Assembly (NCBI GenBank): GCA_013265495.1
Contig: MU057487.1
Location: forward strand, 682,001 to 746,000
Direction of reading: 5' to 3'
Length of the DNA: 64,000 nucleotides
Origin: Vicugna vicugna
Taxonomy: Eukaryota
This document shows positions 1-13,045 of this stretch, piece by piece (position 1 is the first letter of the stretch; each line of letters starts with the position of its first letter). The notes beneath the pieces are model-generated. The model was not told the DNA's origin, searched no databases, and was given only the letters and a program-made list of their open reading frames with translations. The translations under genes were made by a program, and so were the position numbers.

Positions 1-59
1 CGTATGGCTAAGGAAGGACCTGTGTGCATCATGTATAACCACATAAAGCGGGTAATTCA

Positions 60-280
60 GTAGAAAAAAAATGGCAAAAGGCTTTTAACAGGCATTTTAC
101 TTTTGTTGCCCACTTGGCCACTAAATACAGGAAAAAGTATTCAACTTTACTTGTCATCATGGAAATGTGCATTAAAACCACAAAGCACTATCACTGCATA
201 TCTACCAGAACGCCTAAGATGAGAATGTCTGATGAAACCAATTAGGGCAAAGATATTGAGAAACTGGAACTCTCTTAAAC
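60..280 (+). mobile_element. Old LINE-1 ORF2 fragment (L1M)
   Basis: Degenerate aaatggcaaaag...ggaaatgtgcattaaaaccaca...aactggaactctc typical of the ORF2 3' region. Confidence 0.6.
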
Positions 281-3200
281 ATGTAAGATGATGAAAGAAG
301 GAAAATGGAAAAAGAGCTGGAAGGCGTATCTACTTGAGCCACACCTGGCTAAGCCTCTCAGTGGTTCTGAATTAAAACTAGCATTATGCTGGAGGGTTTC
401 TTTTTTATAAGAACCTGAATTCTGTTTAAGAAAAAAAAAATACACACATATTTGAATATATTCAAATATATTTAGATACATATTTAAATATATATGTATT
501 TGTTAATGTGTGTATAGATATATATTTGAGATAAATGTTTAGTAACTTTATTTTGTTCTTGTCATATAGTGAGTATGTTTGTTCTCAAATCACAATTCCC
601 TGTCATCATGTATCCTATGGTAAATAATTCCCTCAATATTGCTAAATAAACTTGTTAGATGTGGGTGCCCCAAATATGTGGGCCAAAATGCCTCACACCT
701 TACACTGTGTGCTTGAGTAAGCCCTGCTCCTCTCTAGAAGTGTGGATACTTTAGAGATGTCAACCTCAAAAACATGGAAACAGGGTCATACCTCTTAAGT
801 GAAGAGAGATTCTGTAGTTGGGAAAGCATGATATTTTGGCATCACAAAAAATAGAGTTTAGTACACTATTTTCTCATTTCAATGCTAAACTCATTTAAAT
901 TTCGAATGAGTAGAATCTTCTCAAATCCTCTAAGATTCTGGGGACATCTTTTTCCCCTAATAGCCAATAAAATTATTTGTTACTTCCTCTCAACTTTTGT
1001 GAAAACTCTAACATGCTTTGTAAAATTTCCAGACCTTCAGAAAGTCCTTACATTCTTCCAGACACTTGAAACTTTTATACTTGTCCTGGCTGAGTCTTTG
1101 GTGAGCCCCTTCCCACTTCACTCCCCTGCTGTCCTCTATTTGAGTGGCTTTGTTCCAGACCATTCATTCAGCCTCTCCCCCTTTTCCCAAGTCACTGCCA
1201 ACTTCAATTCTACTGGATGTTTGGTAGTAGCATGGCATAGAAAGTTATTTAAAAAGAAGTATTAGACATCAGTGTTCAGAAAGAGTAGCTTGGTGTCTCT
1301 AGTCATTGTCCTTAGGCCTGATTTTCTGCTGTACTGTTGGTGATCTTCTTTCTCCCAAGACCACTCTACAATCTTCCAAAGCTTTTCTAACAGACAAAAT
1401 TCAACCCCCAAATACTTGTTACTCTGTCATACAGAGCAATGAACAGCATTTGTCTTCTTATTCCTATTCATCTTGAACAGTCCTGACCAACAGGTGCCTC
1501 CAAACACGTCAGCCTCTGCAGGACACACATACTTGCGCTTGCCAATCTAGCACCACAGTTTATTCACAGGCAAGTAAATCAGGGCTTCTGCTTTCCCGGA
1601 TCTCACACACCTTGGGAGAAATATATAAAAAAGCAATTCCACTTCTTTGGAAGAGGAGAGAATAGGGAGACAAAGAAAGGTTCCCAGAGCTGAGTCTTAA
1701 AAGAACTGCTAAAGGTCATCAATAGGTAAGTGGGATTTTAGCAAGGGAATTCAGAGAGAGACAATGATGTAAGAAAGTCCCCTTGTTGTCAAAGACCATG
1801 ACATGTGCCGAACATAAATAGGAATCTGGGGTTGCTGGGAAACAGAAAGTTTATGTGTGTGCGTGAGTGTGTGATTTATGAGAGCTGAGTAAAGATATCC
1901 AAGCAGGCACCCCGAAATAAGGGCTGGAGCTCGAAAGAAAGATGCAGACTGAAGGTTATCTTCTGAAAAACAGAGCTTTCTAAGGACAAAATCAATCATC
2001 TCAGAAGAACTCTGGCAGTGCACCACTTAAATGCCTAATCTTTACAATTTCTTAAGTGATGAGACGACAACTAGACTGATCTTAAAAGTAAAATTTTGCA
2101 GCAGTAGAGTTCATCTTCTTAGGTCAGTTCTGCAAACAAGTGAAAATCATTTCTGTCATTGTCAATGTGAAGGCAATGAGCCTTGCAAGTATAAAATTAA
2201 AGTATTTGAGGAGTACCTAGAGGACTACGTGGTCCACTTCTGTTTAAATAAGAGCTTGAATACTGTCATATGTATGGCTTTATCTAAATAAATCATCAAC
2301 TGATTCATTATAACATAAATATATATAATAAACCTGCAAGCATTTATAAAACTTTCCAATATCATGTGCATTATTTAATCCTCCAAAGTACTGGAATTTT
2401 AAGTTTCAGCTATAATTTAATAATACAGTAGAACTTCTTTTCATCAGTGTGACACAGAAAACACTTTAGAATTTCTTCCCAGTTCATTTTTCCTTTTAGT
2501 AATGGAGCAACTCCCCCCACCCCCCTTTCCTGTAGTGCCTTAAACATTAAGGCTAAACTGTGCAATTTCAAATTTGGGGAAAAGAATAGTGAAGGTACCT
2601 TCTAAAGCCAGGTGGTGGTTGTTCAGGCTACTTTATATGAGCCCTTCTTATGACAGTAGTCTTTAAAACCAGAGTTTGCCAAAAGAGAAAAGGATTTTGC
2701 AAATTTTAATAGTTTCCTTTACATAATAGGAGAAAGTAGTCTCATTCTCAACATGGAGCTTTACCATAAGTTATAGGTAGAAAAAAACAAAAAAGAAAGT
2801 GTATGGGAATTCGTACTGATCTAGGAAGAGTGCAGAGTTGGGAATTTGCATAGGGGAAAAGGGGGATTTGGAAGGGGTGAGGCCAGGATTTGTAAACTCA
2901 AGGATTCAGTTTCCCCCTAACCACCTCATACATCTTCTCAGCAGGGCTGATGTTAGAGCAAATGGATTCAGTGTAAATTAAAAAAAGAAGCACCATAGAC
3001 TTAAGAAAAAGCCAAAACAGAGGAAAAGCCCTGATGTCTTATTCATAGTTAGCTGTTTTGGGAGCACCAAATGGCTCCCTGGGATGGCCATGGCCAAGTA
3101 GAACTGATGGTATGATGTGGTTAGGAGCTCCTTTAAAAACAAGCCATGCAGTCTTCACTCAGAGACCTTCAGCTATAGGTGGATTATGGAAAGAGAGCAG

Positions 3201-3369
3201 GGTAGAAGACTGAGCTACTCTAGCTTTATAGGAGGGTCCAGAGACAGCAGCATAGAGATCAGCCCTTCCTATATTACTGTGAGGAAATAGAACTTGTTTT
3301 TTCCTGGCCCCTTGGGGCGATTTTGAAGGAGGGAAAGGGGAAGGCAAGGGTAGAAAATTTTAATTTTGA

Positions 3370-3660
3370 TTGATTTATTTTTTGTTAAATAATCTCATTT
3401 TAAAATGAACTATAGTTTAAGATTTGCCAAAAAGTTGGGAAGATAGTACATAATGTTCTCATGTACCTCACACCCAGTTTTCCCTATTATTAACATCCTA
3501 TGTGAGTATGGTACATTTGTTACAATTAATGAACCAATATTGACACATAATTATTAGCTAAATAAAGTTAATACTTTATTCAGATTTCCTTAGTTCTTAC
3601 TTAAAGTCCTTTTTCTGTTCCAGGACACTATGTTACCTTTAGTCATCATGTCTCTACTTA
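3370..3660 (-). mobile_element. Old LINE-1 3' UTR fragment (L1MC-like)
   Basis: cacccagtttccctattattaacatc...tatggtacatttgttacaattaatgaaccaatattg resembles L1MC 3' ends. Confidence 0.65.
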
Positions 3661-3769
3661 AATTTTTTAAGTACATAGAATTTATTCATAGTAATTTATT
3701 TTAATGTCTGTGTCTGCTAATTCTATCATATGTTTCAGCTCTTGGTAGATTTTTATTAATTTTTTAAAT

Positions 3770-3912
3770 CTTTACAATAACTCTATGAAAAAAATTACTA
3801 TTATTATTAGTCCCATTTCACAGAAAAAGAAACAAGGGCATAGAGAGATCAAGTAACTTGCCCGAAGGCATACAATGGAGTCAGGACATGAACCCAGGTA
3901 GTCTGGCTCCAT
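3770..3912 (-). mobile_element. MIR SINE
   Basis: Core-like cccatttcacagaaaaagaaac...aagtaacttgcccgaagg...gaacccaggtagtctggctcc. Confidence 0.75.
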
Positions 3913-6699
3913 AGAGGTGAATGCAGACCAAAAAATCTGTTAGTTCAAATTATCTTAAATTTCTGAACAAGTCTCCGAAATCTCATTCTCATCCTTTAGA
4001 GTGTCAGAATTCCTCGGCCCCTGAAAGAAATGGAGAAAACTGAGCTGCTTCGGCCATGGTATCTGGTACATAAAGCAGTCTGGGCTCTAGTTTGAGCCTG
4101 ACATTCTGCTGTGTGATTTCTGCCTGTGGCCTTACTCATCAGATGAGAGGACTGGACCAGGGTGTGGAAAAAGGCACATCCAGCTCTATCTCTTAATCGT
4201 CAATGGTAAGATGAAACGTAATTCTCTTGTGTTGGGCACTTTCAGGCAAGCCCAGTGCAGGCTATGGCAACTCAAAGACTTGCGTTGGTTTTTGTCCCTA
4301 AGGTGTTTTGAACAGGTTGTTTAATTTATCTTAGCTCAATTTGTTTGTCTATAAAATGAGGTGGCCACAGAACCTACCTTATGTGGTTATTGTAAAAATT
4401 AAAGGAAATACCTATAAAGTATCTAATGCATTATTTCCCTTTTGCCCATCATCATTACACATGCAATAGTCAGGAGACAGAAAGACTGTTTTTAATCCTC
4501 CTCTAATCTTCTGACTTCATCAAAAACAAGATCCAAAATGGTAGAAATTTCTCTAAAAATTGTGTAATAATAAAACCATAGCAAGTTAAACTTTCCGATA
4601 TTTACCGTTTGAAATAAACTATTGTTTTGTTTTAATATCTGATGAATGAGGTGGGGTTTTCTTCAAAGGTTGTAACAAAACAATAGATCTTTCTGACCAT
4701 GCTCTGATGCTGAGGTGGCAGTCCTAACCCATCATCTTCGGATACCAGTTTGAATGCATACAAATGAGTTGGCTGAGCACTACAGAAAGTTAGGTCATAC
4801 CTGATACATTTCTTTCCCTCTGGGATGTCAGAAGAAAGGAATTTCAAATGGTGACAATTACAGACAGAACTACTCCCAAGAATCTGAGAGAAGAAAAATT
4901 TTGCTTTTTGTTGTTAAAGAATATTGATGCCATGTTAAGAACAAATGTGATCTTACTACACAGAGGTTAATGATTGTAATTTTCCAGTAGAGATTGTTTA
5001 ATCCTGGTCAATAAACAGGTTTAGGAGAGGAGAGAAAGAGGAATGTGGGAGGCAGGGGTAAGTCCTGAAGCTAGGTGTTCACTTTCATTCAGAATTAAAG
5101 TTGTTAAACTCACTTAGCTATTTCTTCACCCCAAGCAAAGCAGCAATAGAGTAGCCCGTATTTTTAAAATAATCATGCTCTGCATGTATCAATACATATA
5201 GATGTCAAATAACAATCAGATTTATTAAAATTATACTTATGCCCCAGAAGAGCTTGTAAAACATTTGAAGAAGAGCTGCTAGTTAAAATGACAGGTGAAA
5301 TGTGGAAGGGAAAGAATCTAACACTGGAATTTTGTACCTAGTTCATCAGAAGTAATCTTTTCATGAGACAAGGTAATGAAAATTGTAGCAGAGGAAATGG
5401 GTAGCAAAAAGCATTTTCATTTTAAAGCCTTTTCACAGTTGTGCATAGAAAAAGAAAAAATTTTAAAAATTGGGGGCAGAGCAGATGGCTTGGTGCACAT
5501 TACCAGTGATTTGTGTACACACAATTTAAAATGACAGTCTTTATTGTTCCCTGAACATGACTTCTGATGACAGAAGCAATGTCTTAACAGGCTTCAAAAT
5601 ATGCAGAAGTGTTAATATAATTTTATAAATGGAGATTGCACTTCATCTATTAGAAAAACTCAAGGTCATTCCTTACCGTATGTCATAAAGATCCTGGCTT
5701 TACTGATAGATGAAAAATACAATCTGGAAAAAGCTATGAGACATCAGCAACCGACTTCTAAAATAGACACTTAAAGAAGGAAATGCTGAGGGACATTTAT
5801 CCTTAAAGAAATAGTCTGTTACCAGTAGAACAAATCAGCCCCAGCAAACTCTTTTCAATTTGGAGTCACAAAACCAAAAATATAAAATAAATTACAATTT
5901 TAAAAATTGGAAAACAAAAACAAAATAAGCATACAGCACAAGACAGTTTGCAGACTAAGTACCCAATTTTTTAAAGAAATAATTTAATAGAAGATTTTCA
6001 GAGTATTTACAGGGAAATGGCAGGTATAAAACTGAAGTAAGAAATTAATTTCAATTAATTTTTAAATTAATAAGACAAACTATTGGGGGAAAAAGTAAAC
6101 TGAAGTCTGCCTATAAATTGGAAGCACCCTTTTTGAGGGGGAATGGAGGCATCAAAATGAAGGGTATAAAAGTGTGACTGTGTGAAATTCCAAGTAGGGA
6201 ACATAGCATTCAGTAAAGATATCAGAGAACCCAAATTACATTTTTCTTCCATATTGTGTTCAGTTAAAGAAGATAACTAGAAAATTCTAGAATAAAAGGG
6301 AGAAAGATAAAAGAAAGCTGGGGAGAGAAAGAAAAAACAGGGACAAGAAAAGCCAATAGACTGTCATTCATGGATGAATACTGGACAGCTACCAGCCACC
6401 AACGAAACTGAAGACACATCACAGATGATGCTGGAAGATCAAAACACAGTAAGATTTTTGCCTGGTTATCAAGTGGGGAAGTTGGAAAATAAATGGGAAA
6501 ACATTTTCACACCTTGCCTATTTTCACCCAATAGATATCCACAGAGAACAAGAGCACCTACATCAGTCTTAAATAAAAGAACCCCTGGGGCAGTGCCACA
6601 GCCTGTAAAGCTGGAATGGATTCAGGCTTGGGGCTCCAGAACCCAAGCAGTAATAACGCGTGTTCAATCTGGATGCCTCCCTCCTTCAGATAATGCTGC

Positions 6700-6840
6700 G
6701 GAGATGGAGTTGTGGATGGGCTTTGGGAATCTACGAGCCCCTTGAAATTGCACACAGATTTTTGTTTCGTATTCTGCATATGCATTTTTCTAGAAAGAGA
6801 GCATATTTGCATCAGGTTTTCACAAGGGCTCAATCAAAAC
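6700..6840. mobile_element. hAT-Charlie-like DNA transposon fragment
   Basis: ggatgggcttt...cccttgaaattgcacacagattt...gcatatgcatttttct resembles recalled Charlie MITE sequence. Confidence 0.45.
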
Positions 6841-7512
6841 AAAAATGTGATGTAAAACAAACTGAACTTCATACACAGAGCAGGTGAGAAGGTAAGACAA
6901 CAGCTACACACCGACTATAATGCTATGTTTAGTGACTACCTGCCTATGTGAGGCACTGTTACAGTCCTATACGGTATTCCCAAATTTATAAATGATAGAA
7001 GTGAGGCCTGAGATAGATAAAAAGAAAGAAAAAGAAAACACATTAAATGTCACACAACTGATTAGCTCTCCAGATTCTCAATTTAGTCTCCATTGTAGTT
7101 GTCGATATCCCACAGGGCTTTTCCCTAAAGCCTGTCTCATTGTCCTAACTTCTTTGGGAGTTCTCATCCTTTGACTTCCATTGCTATGGGCATACTGAGA
7201 CTTACCAAATCTGTATCTTAAGGATACAGCTTTCTCCTAAACTCCAGGCCAGTAAATACGATTGCATACACGACATCTTCTCTTGTCAGAGAACCTCCAA
7301 GTCTATCTGCTTTTCATCCATAATGAGATCATTTTCCTCTTATCTTCCCTTTCAAAGCATCTGGAATCATCATTATCAACTATCTGACAGCACAGATAGA
7401 AAAATTAAAAATAGAACTAAAAAACAGAACCATTAAAATTAGAACTACCTTTGGTTCCTTATTGGGTCTTAGCACACACATCCAGACACTTACCCTGTTC
7501 ATTCGGCTTCCT

Positions 7513-8897
7513 AAATGTTTTTCCTAGTTCTGTGAAAAATGCCATTGGAATCTTGATAGGGATTACATTGAATCTGCAGATGGCTTTGGGTAGTATGGAC
7601 ATTTTAACAATATTAATTCTTCCATTCCTTGAATATGGAATTTCTTTTCATTCATTTGTGCCTTCTTTAATTTCTTTCATAGTTTTCAGCATACAGGTCT
7701 TCCACCTCCTTAGTTTAATTTAATATTAAGTACTTTACTGTTTTTAATGCTATTGTAAGTGGGATTTTCTTTATTTCATTTCCAGATAATTCCTTGCTGG
7801 TATCTAGAAACACTACTAATTTTTATGCATTGATTTTGTATTCTGCAACTTTACTGAGCCAGCAGATTAGATCTAACAGTGCTTTGGTGGAGTCTCTTGG
7901 AGTTTGTATATATAAGATCATGTCATCTGCAAATAGAGACAGGCTGTCTTTTAATTTTTTTTTTCTGCCCAACTGCTCTGACTAAGACTTCCAATATTAT
8001 GTTGAATAGGACCCTTGTCTTGTTTCTGATCTGAAGGAAAAATCTTTGAGCTTTTCACCACTGAGTATGATGTCAGCTGTGAGTTGTCATATATGGCCTT
8101 TATTGTGTTGATGTGCATTCCTTCCATATACAATTTGTTGAGAGTATTTATCATGAAAGCTTGTTGAATTCTGTTGAATGCTCTTTCTGCATCTATTGAC
8201 GTAATAAGATGTTTATTTCTTATTCTATTAATGTGATGTAGTACACTTACTGATTTGCATATATTGAACCATCATTGCAACCCAGGGATAAATCCCACTT
8301 TATCATGATGTATGATCCTTTCAATGTGCTGTTTAATTTGGTTTACTAGTATTTTGTTGAGAATTTTTACATTTATATTCATCACGGATATCGGCCTGTA
8401 GTCTTCTTTTTGTGTAGTGCCCTCTTCTGGCTTCAGTATCAGGATAATGTTGGTCTGGTAAAATGTCTTTGGGAGTATTTCTTCCTCTTCACTTTTTTGG
8501 AAGAATCTGAGAAAGAGTGACTTTAATTCATTTTTAAATGTTTGGTAAAATTCACCAGTGGAACCATCTGGTCCTGGGCTTTCCTTTGTTGGGAATTTTT
8601 GACCACTAACTCAATCTCCTTATTCATTACTTATCTGTTCAGATTTTTTTATTTTTTCATGATTCCATCTTGGTAGGTTGTATGTTTCTAGTAATTTGCC
8701 CATTTTTTTCTAAGTTGTCTGATATGTTGGTATATAATTCTTCATAATAGTCTCTTATGATCCTTCCTATTTCTGTGGTATCAGTGATAATGTCTCCTCT
8801 TTCATTTATAATTTTATTTATTTTGATTCTTTCTGTCTCTCTCTCTCTCTCTCTTTTTTTTTTCCTGGTGAGTCTAGCTAAATTTTTATCAGCTTTG
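7513..8897 (-). mobile_element. LINE-1 ORF2 fragment (reverse transcriptase region, decayed)
   Basis: Minus-strand translations KINKIINERGDIITDTTEIGRIIRDYYEELY and MINTLNKLYMEGMHINTIKAIYD are L1 ORF2 segments; stops and frameshifts present. Confidence 0.92.
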
Positions 8898-9570
8898 CAT
8901 TTGGGCTCTGCAGCTTCCTGGGTGCTCTGGTTAGGCTGCCTCATCGGGCAGGACTGGGGGCTATGCTCAGCCGTAGACAGGACCTCAGGTTTGCTTCCCT
9001 GCTCCAGGTAGGGCCAAAGAACAGGCTCTACTGTCAGTTTAGCTCAGAATCAGGCAGAGCTACCTACTGGGCTCCCTGGCCAGACATGGCTACTAGCTAG
9101 GCAGGGAAGACCGCTGGAACCTCTACCAGGGACCAGCTGAGAGGAGTGTAGCCTGCCAAGATCTGAGTGTTGGTTGCTGTAAGTCCAACCGCTACTTCTC
9201 TATCTCAACTAAATCACTGGTGATCAGGTCTCACCAATTCCTCCTGTGACCCCTGCGAGGTGAGACCCCAGTGAATGCCCCACGTAGTGTCCCTCAGTAC
9301 TGGAGGATCTGGAAGTCCACCTTAGGCTCTCTTTTTCCCACTGGAGAAACCTTAGGCCTGAGGGGACCCTCTCGGTGCAGCTCTGTGCTGGCCTGGGGGG
9401 AGTGGCATCTGCTCAGAGCATAGCCATTCCTCTTAACCTTCTAATGCAGTCCTTCTAGGTCTCTGTGGTCCGGGCAGGGGGCTTCAGCCTCATTCTCGTG
9501 TTCTGGGGTTTTCACAGTGGTGTCTTGTTCTGTGTATAGTTGCTAGTCGGTCTTCTTGTGAGTGGGAACT
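8898..9570 (-). mobile_element. Probable LINE-1 5' region joined directly to the ORF2 fragment
   Basis: GC-richer block abutting the ORF2 fragment on its 5' side; resembles L1M 5' ends from memory. Confidence 0.5.
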
Positions 9571-9589
9571 TCTGATGACCTGCTTATAT

Positions 9590-10140
9590 CTCCTGTGCAA
9601 ACTTGATCACATGATCTCCTCCATATCTATCCTTGGCCTGAGGAGCCTTCTGGAGATCCCAGTTTCCTTAAGGATAGCATCCAAATTCCCCAATTCCAAG
9701 GCCCTTCATAATCTAGTTCTTGCTCCAGACTCATCTTTTGTAAATCTCCAAATTGCAATTTAAACTCCAGTCTCAGTGAACTATTTGCATCTTCTTGAAT
9801 GGTCCATGCTCACTCTTATGTATTTGCTGTTTCCTCTTCCAGTTACGCGTAACCTGCTCTTTCCTCTGATTCCTACAAATGCTTCAGATCTGGGCTTTAG
9901 TCATGTTCAGGGAAGATTTTTCTGGTCCCTCTGGAAAGGATTGGATGTTTCTATTGTGTGCTCACATAATACCCCGTGCTTCCTCCATCACAGCATTTAC
10001 ATGATAGTCTTATTCTCCTACTAGTCAGTAACAGCATTAAACAGCAAGGCCAGGACTGTCTTGGTCATTCTTGTACTCCCAATGTTAACATAGTGTCTGG
10101 CAAATATTAAGTACCCCATTAATCCTGTTGAATGAGTAAA
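9590..10140. mobile_element. L2 LINE fragment
   Basis: caaggcccttcataatctag...catagtgtctggcaaata...tgttgaatgagt typical of the L2 3' end. Confidence 0.65.
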
Positions 10141-10197
10141 TCTAACCTGACCCTATGAGTGAACCCCCTTTACACCATCCTGACTGATGCTAATCGG

Positions 10198-10389
10198 GTT
10201 AGGGTCAGTAGATAAAATTCAGTTAACCCATTTAACATTGAATTTCAGATAAACAACAAAAAATGTTAGTATAAATATGTCTCATGCAATATTTGGGACA
10301 TGCTTATACTAAAAAAAAAAATTGTTTTTATCTGAAATTCAACGTTAACTGGGTGACCAGTACTTTTATTTGCTAAATATGGCCACACT
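10198..10389. mobile_element. MER53 palindromic DNA transposon (MITE)
   Basis: Long imperfect inverted repeat: tgaatttcagataaacaac...tagtataaatatgtctca / tgggacatgcttatacta...tttatctgaaattca. Confidence 0.85.
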
Positions 10390-10557
10390 GCTAACTCTGG
10401 CCTTTATTTGGTCCTTTGTTAGGGACTTTGAAGGTCTTTTTATTTCATACTAAAAAGACATCTCCCACAGGCTTCAAAGGTCCCCCTGTTAGCGAATAAC
10501 CTTCATCCTGCACTTCCTGAACTGCTGAGGCTCTTCCTCTGACTCACCTCTACTTTT

Positions 10558-10703
10558 TTTATTATATTTTTTTTTTGGTGGGGGAGTCTATCTATCTATC
10601 TATCTATCTATCTATTTTTAACTTATTTATTACTAGCAGGGATTAAACCCAGGACCTTATGAATGCTAAGCATGAACTCTACCACTGAGTGACATCCTCC
10701 CCC
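10558..10703 (-). mobile_element. tRNA-derived SINE, camelid vic-1-like
   Basis: Reverse complement has A box (ctcagtggtaga) and B box (gggtttaatccc), internal (GATA)n and an A tail; TSD tcacctctactttt at 10544-10557 and 10707-10720. Confidence 0.85.
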
Positions 10704-12670
10704 GAGTCACCTCTACTTTTACTGCTGACTCAGCTTCTGGGTTTCTTATTACCTAACCCCCAGGGCTTGCTTTCGTTCCCGCTACTGACCGCAGCCCGAT
10801 GTCTGCACCCTCATGATGTATTTTCAGTCCCTCATGTCTAGTATTCAACTGTTACTACGTCCATTGCCCTGGACTCTGCTTCTACGTACCCCATCCTGGA
10901 GCATTACAGCTAAACTGAGATATGTGAACTCACAGGACTCCTTGTTACCTTTGTTTGTGGCTAGCTCTGATAGTTAGGGCATCAGCCTTTATGTTGAACT
11001 AAAATTGTCTTCCTTGACATTTACACCTATTTGAGTTTCAGTAGAAGGTTGCTTCTTGAGAGTGAGAGAGTTGGATTCAGTTTGGTATCTCCTGCATCTG
11101 TGACAGTGACTGGCACACAGAAGCTCCTCATAAATGTCTGCTGAATACAAATGGATGTCATTGCTTCTGGAGCCACATTGTATAAAGTGAATCTCTTATC
11201 TACAGTCAGTTTTTCAAATATGTGAACAATGTTAGGGGTCTGCATCAATCTTATCTGTTAAGGCTAGGCATTCCCTGATTCCTCAAATCATTTTTCATTT
11301 GAGAAGCAGTGTACTGGCACAGCAGAAGCATGTGGTAAATGTTTGTCTATTAAGAATTTGCCCATATTTAATTTAAAATAGCAAATACTGACATGAAAAT
11401 TTAATGTTAGATATAGCTTTCATGACATAACATTATTTGTAGGTTTACCTTTTAAAAACTAATGGTAAGAGTGATCCTTGTATCCCCTAAAAATGTGTAT
11501 TATGCTAACTTTTCAGTGAAAAGGAGACTCAGCAGAATAAATATTAGATCTTTTGAAAATGTGTGTGTGTGTACCCACACCCATGTATACCCACAATTTG
11601 AGAGATGTTAATTTTGAAATACATTACTCTAATTTTTGTACTAGGTTCTGTGAAAACCCTCAACAATTCTCCAACTTTATGACCTTTTGAGTCTTATGCT
11701 TACATAAATTGTCTAGATATTGTTGACATCAACATTTAATATGTTGCAAGAGAATAATTCAGTATTTTTAATGAAACATGATTTTCCATTTTTGTTGAAC
11801 TAATTAACAGAAGGAATGATTGTCCCATCCACTGCAAAGAGATCTATAGAAAAAATAAATAAAGGAGGAGGGGAAACCAATGATTCAATCTAAATAACTA
11901 GAAGAAAAATCATGCTAAGAAGTAGAAGGGAGCATATGTAGGTGATGGATATACCTTAATTAGGTTATTAAAAACAGGGGTAATTGTCAACGTATCTTCA
12001 AGATTGCTTACTTTCCTTCAGCTCCCCTACTAACCTGAACAGCTATATTTGATCATTTATAGCAAATAAAAACTAACATATTTATTATTATTAAACTATA
12101 TTTTTAATCAGAAATATTTGAAGTGGAATGAGCAACCAACCTGCTTTTTACTTAGACCCCACGCTAGTTCCTAAGATGGCTTACTGACCTTACATTCTCT
12201 ATTAACATCTGACTTGGGTTGTATAATAGTCTGTCACTTCTATAGTCTAAGCACTATGAGTGGGGTGGGAGGAGGAAAAATCTTAATCTACATTAGAATT
12301 TGCATGTGGCCACATTGCCAAACCGTCGCTGGATTAGTTGCTGCAGAAAGTTGCAGATAATTAAATGGATGGGAAATGAAGGAGATTCCTCTCAGCAAGA
12401 TTCCCTAAAGGAAGTGTGTCTTAAACACTGAAACGGGGGAAAGTGCTAAAGAAAGTTAATTGCATCTTGTCCTTTAGCAAGAGGTTGGTCATTAAAGGTA
12501 AGAGTTTCTGAATAGAAAGTCCTGTTTTAGAAAATATGTGTCTGTGTGTGTGTGTTTATTTATAGAGAAAGAGGGAGGGAGGTGGGAGAGAGATTCTATA
12601 CACCACCATGTTGGTTTCAAACCGCATGATAGCTCTGAGACAAATACCGAGATTCTGCAGCACATGAAAT

Positions 12671-13045
12671 TGTTTTGTTCAGTATGTTCGGGCTGTTCTA
12701 ACAAAGCGGCACAGAGTAAAGTGGCTTATAAACAACAGAAATCTATTTCTCACAGTTCTGGAGTCTGGGAAGCCCAAGATCAGGGGGTTGGCACATTCAG
12801 TATTTGGTGAGAGCCTTCTTTCTGGTTCTTAGGTGTCTGTCTTTGTGATGTGTCCTCACATGGTAGAGACGGGTGACCGAGCTCTTTGGGGTCTCTTTTT
12901 TATAAGGGCACTAATTCCATCCATGAAGGTTCTGCTCTCATGACCTAATCACCTCCCAAAGGCTCACTTTCTAATACATCACATTTAGGGCTAGGATTTC
13001 AGCATATGAATTGTGATGGGGGGCACAAATATTCAATTTATAACA
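12671..13045 (-). mobile_element. ERVL-MaLR solo LTR (MLT1A-like)
   Basis: aacaacagaaatctatttctcacagttctggag...tcctcacatgg...catgacctaatcacctcccaaagg. Confidence 0.85.

Noticed and set aside
6374..6745. 123-aa ATG ORF
   Set aside because: No recognisable homology; runs into a DNA transposon relic; length within chance for 64 kb
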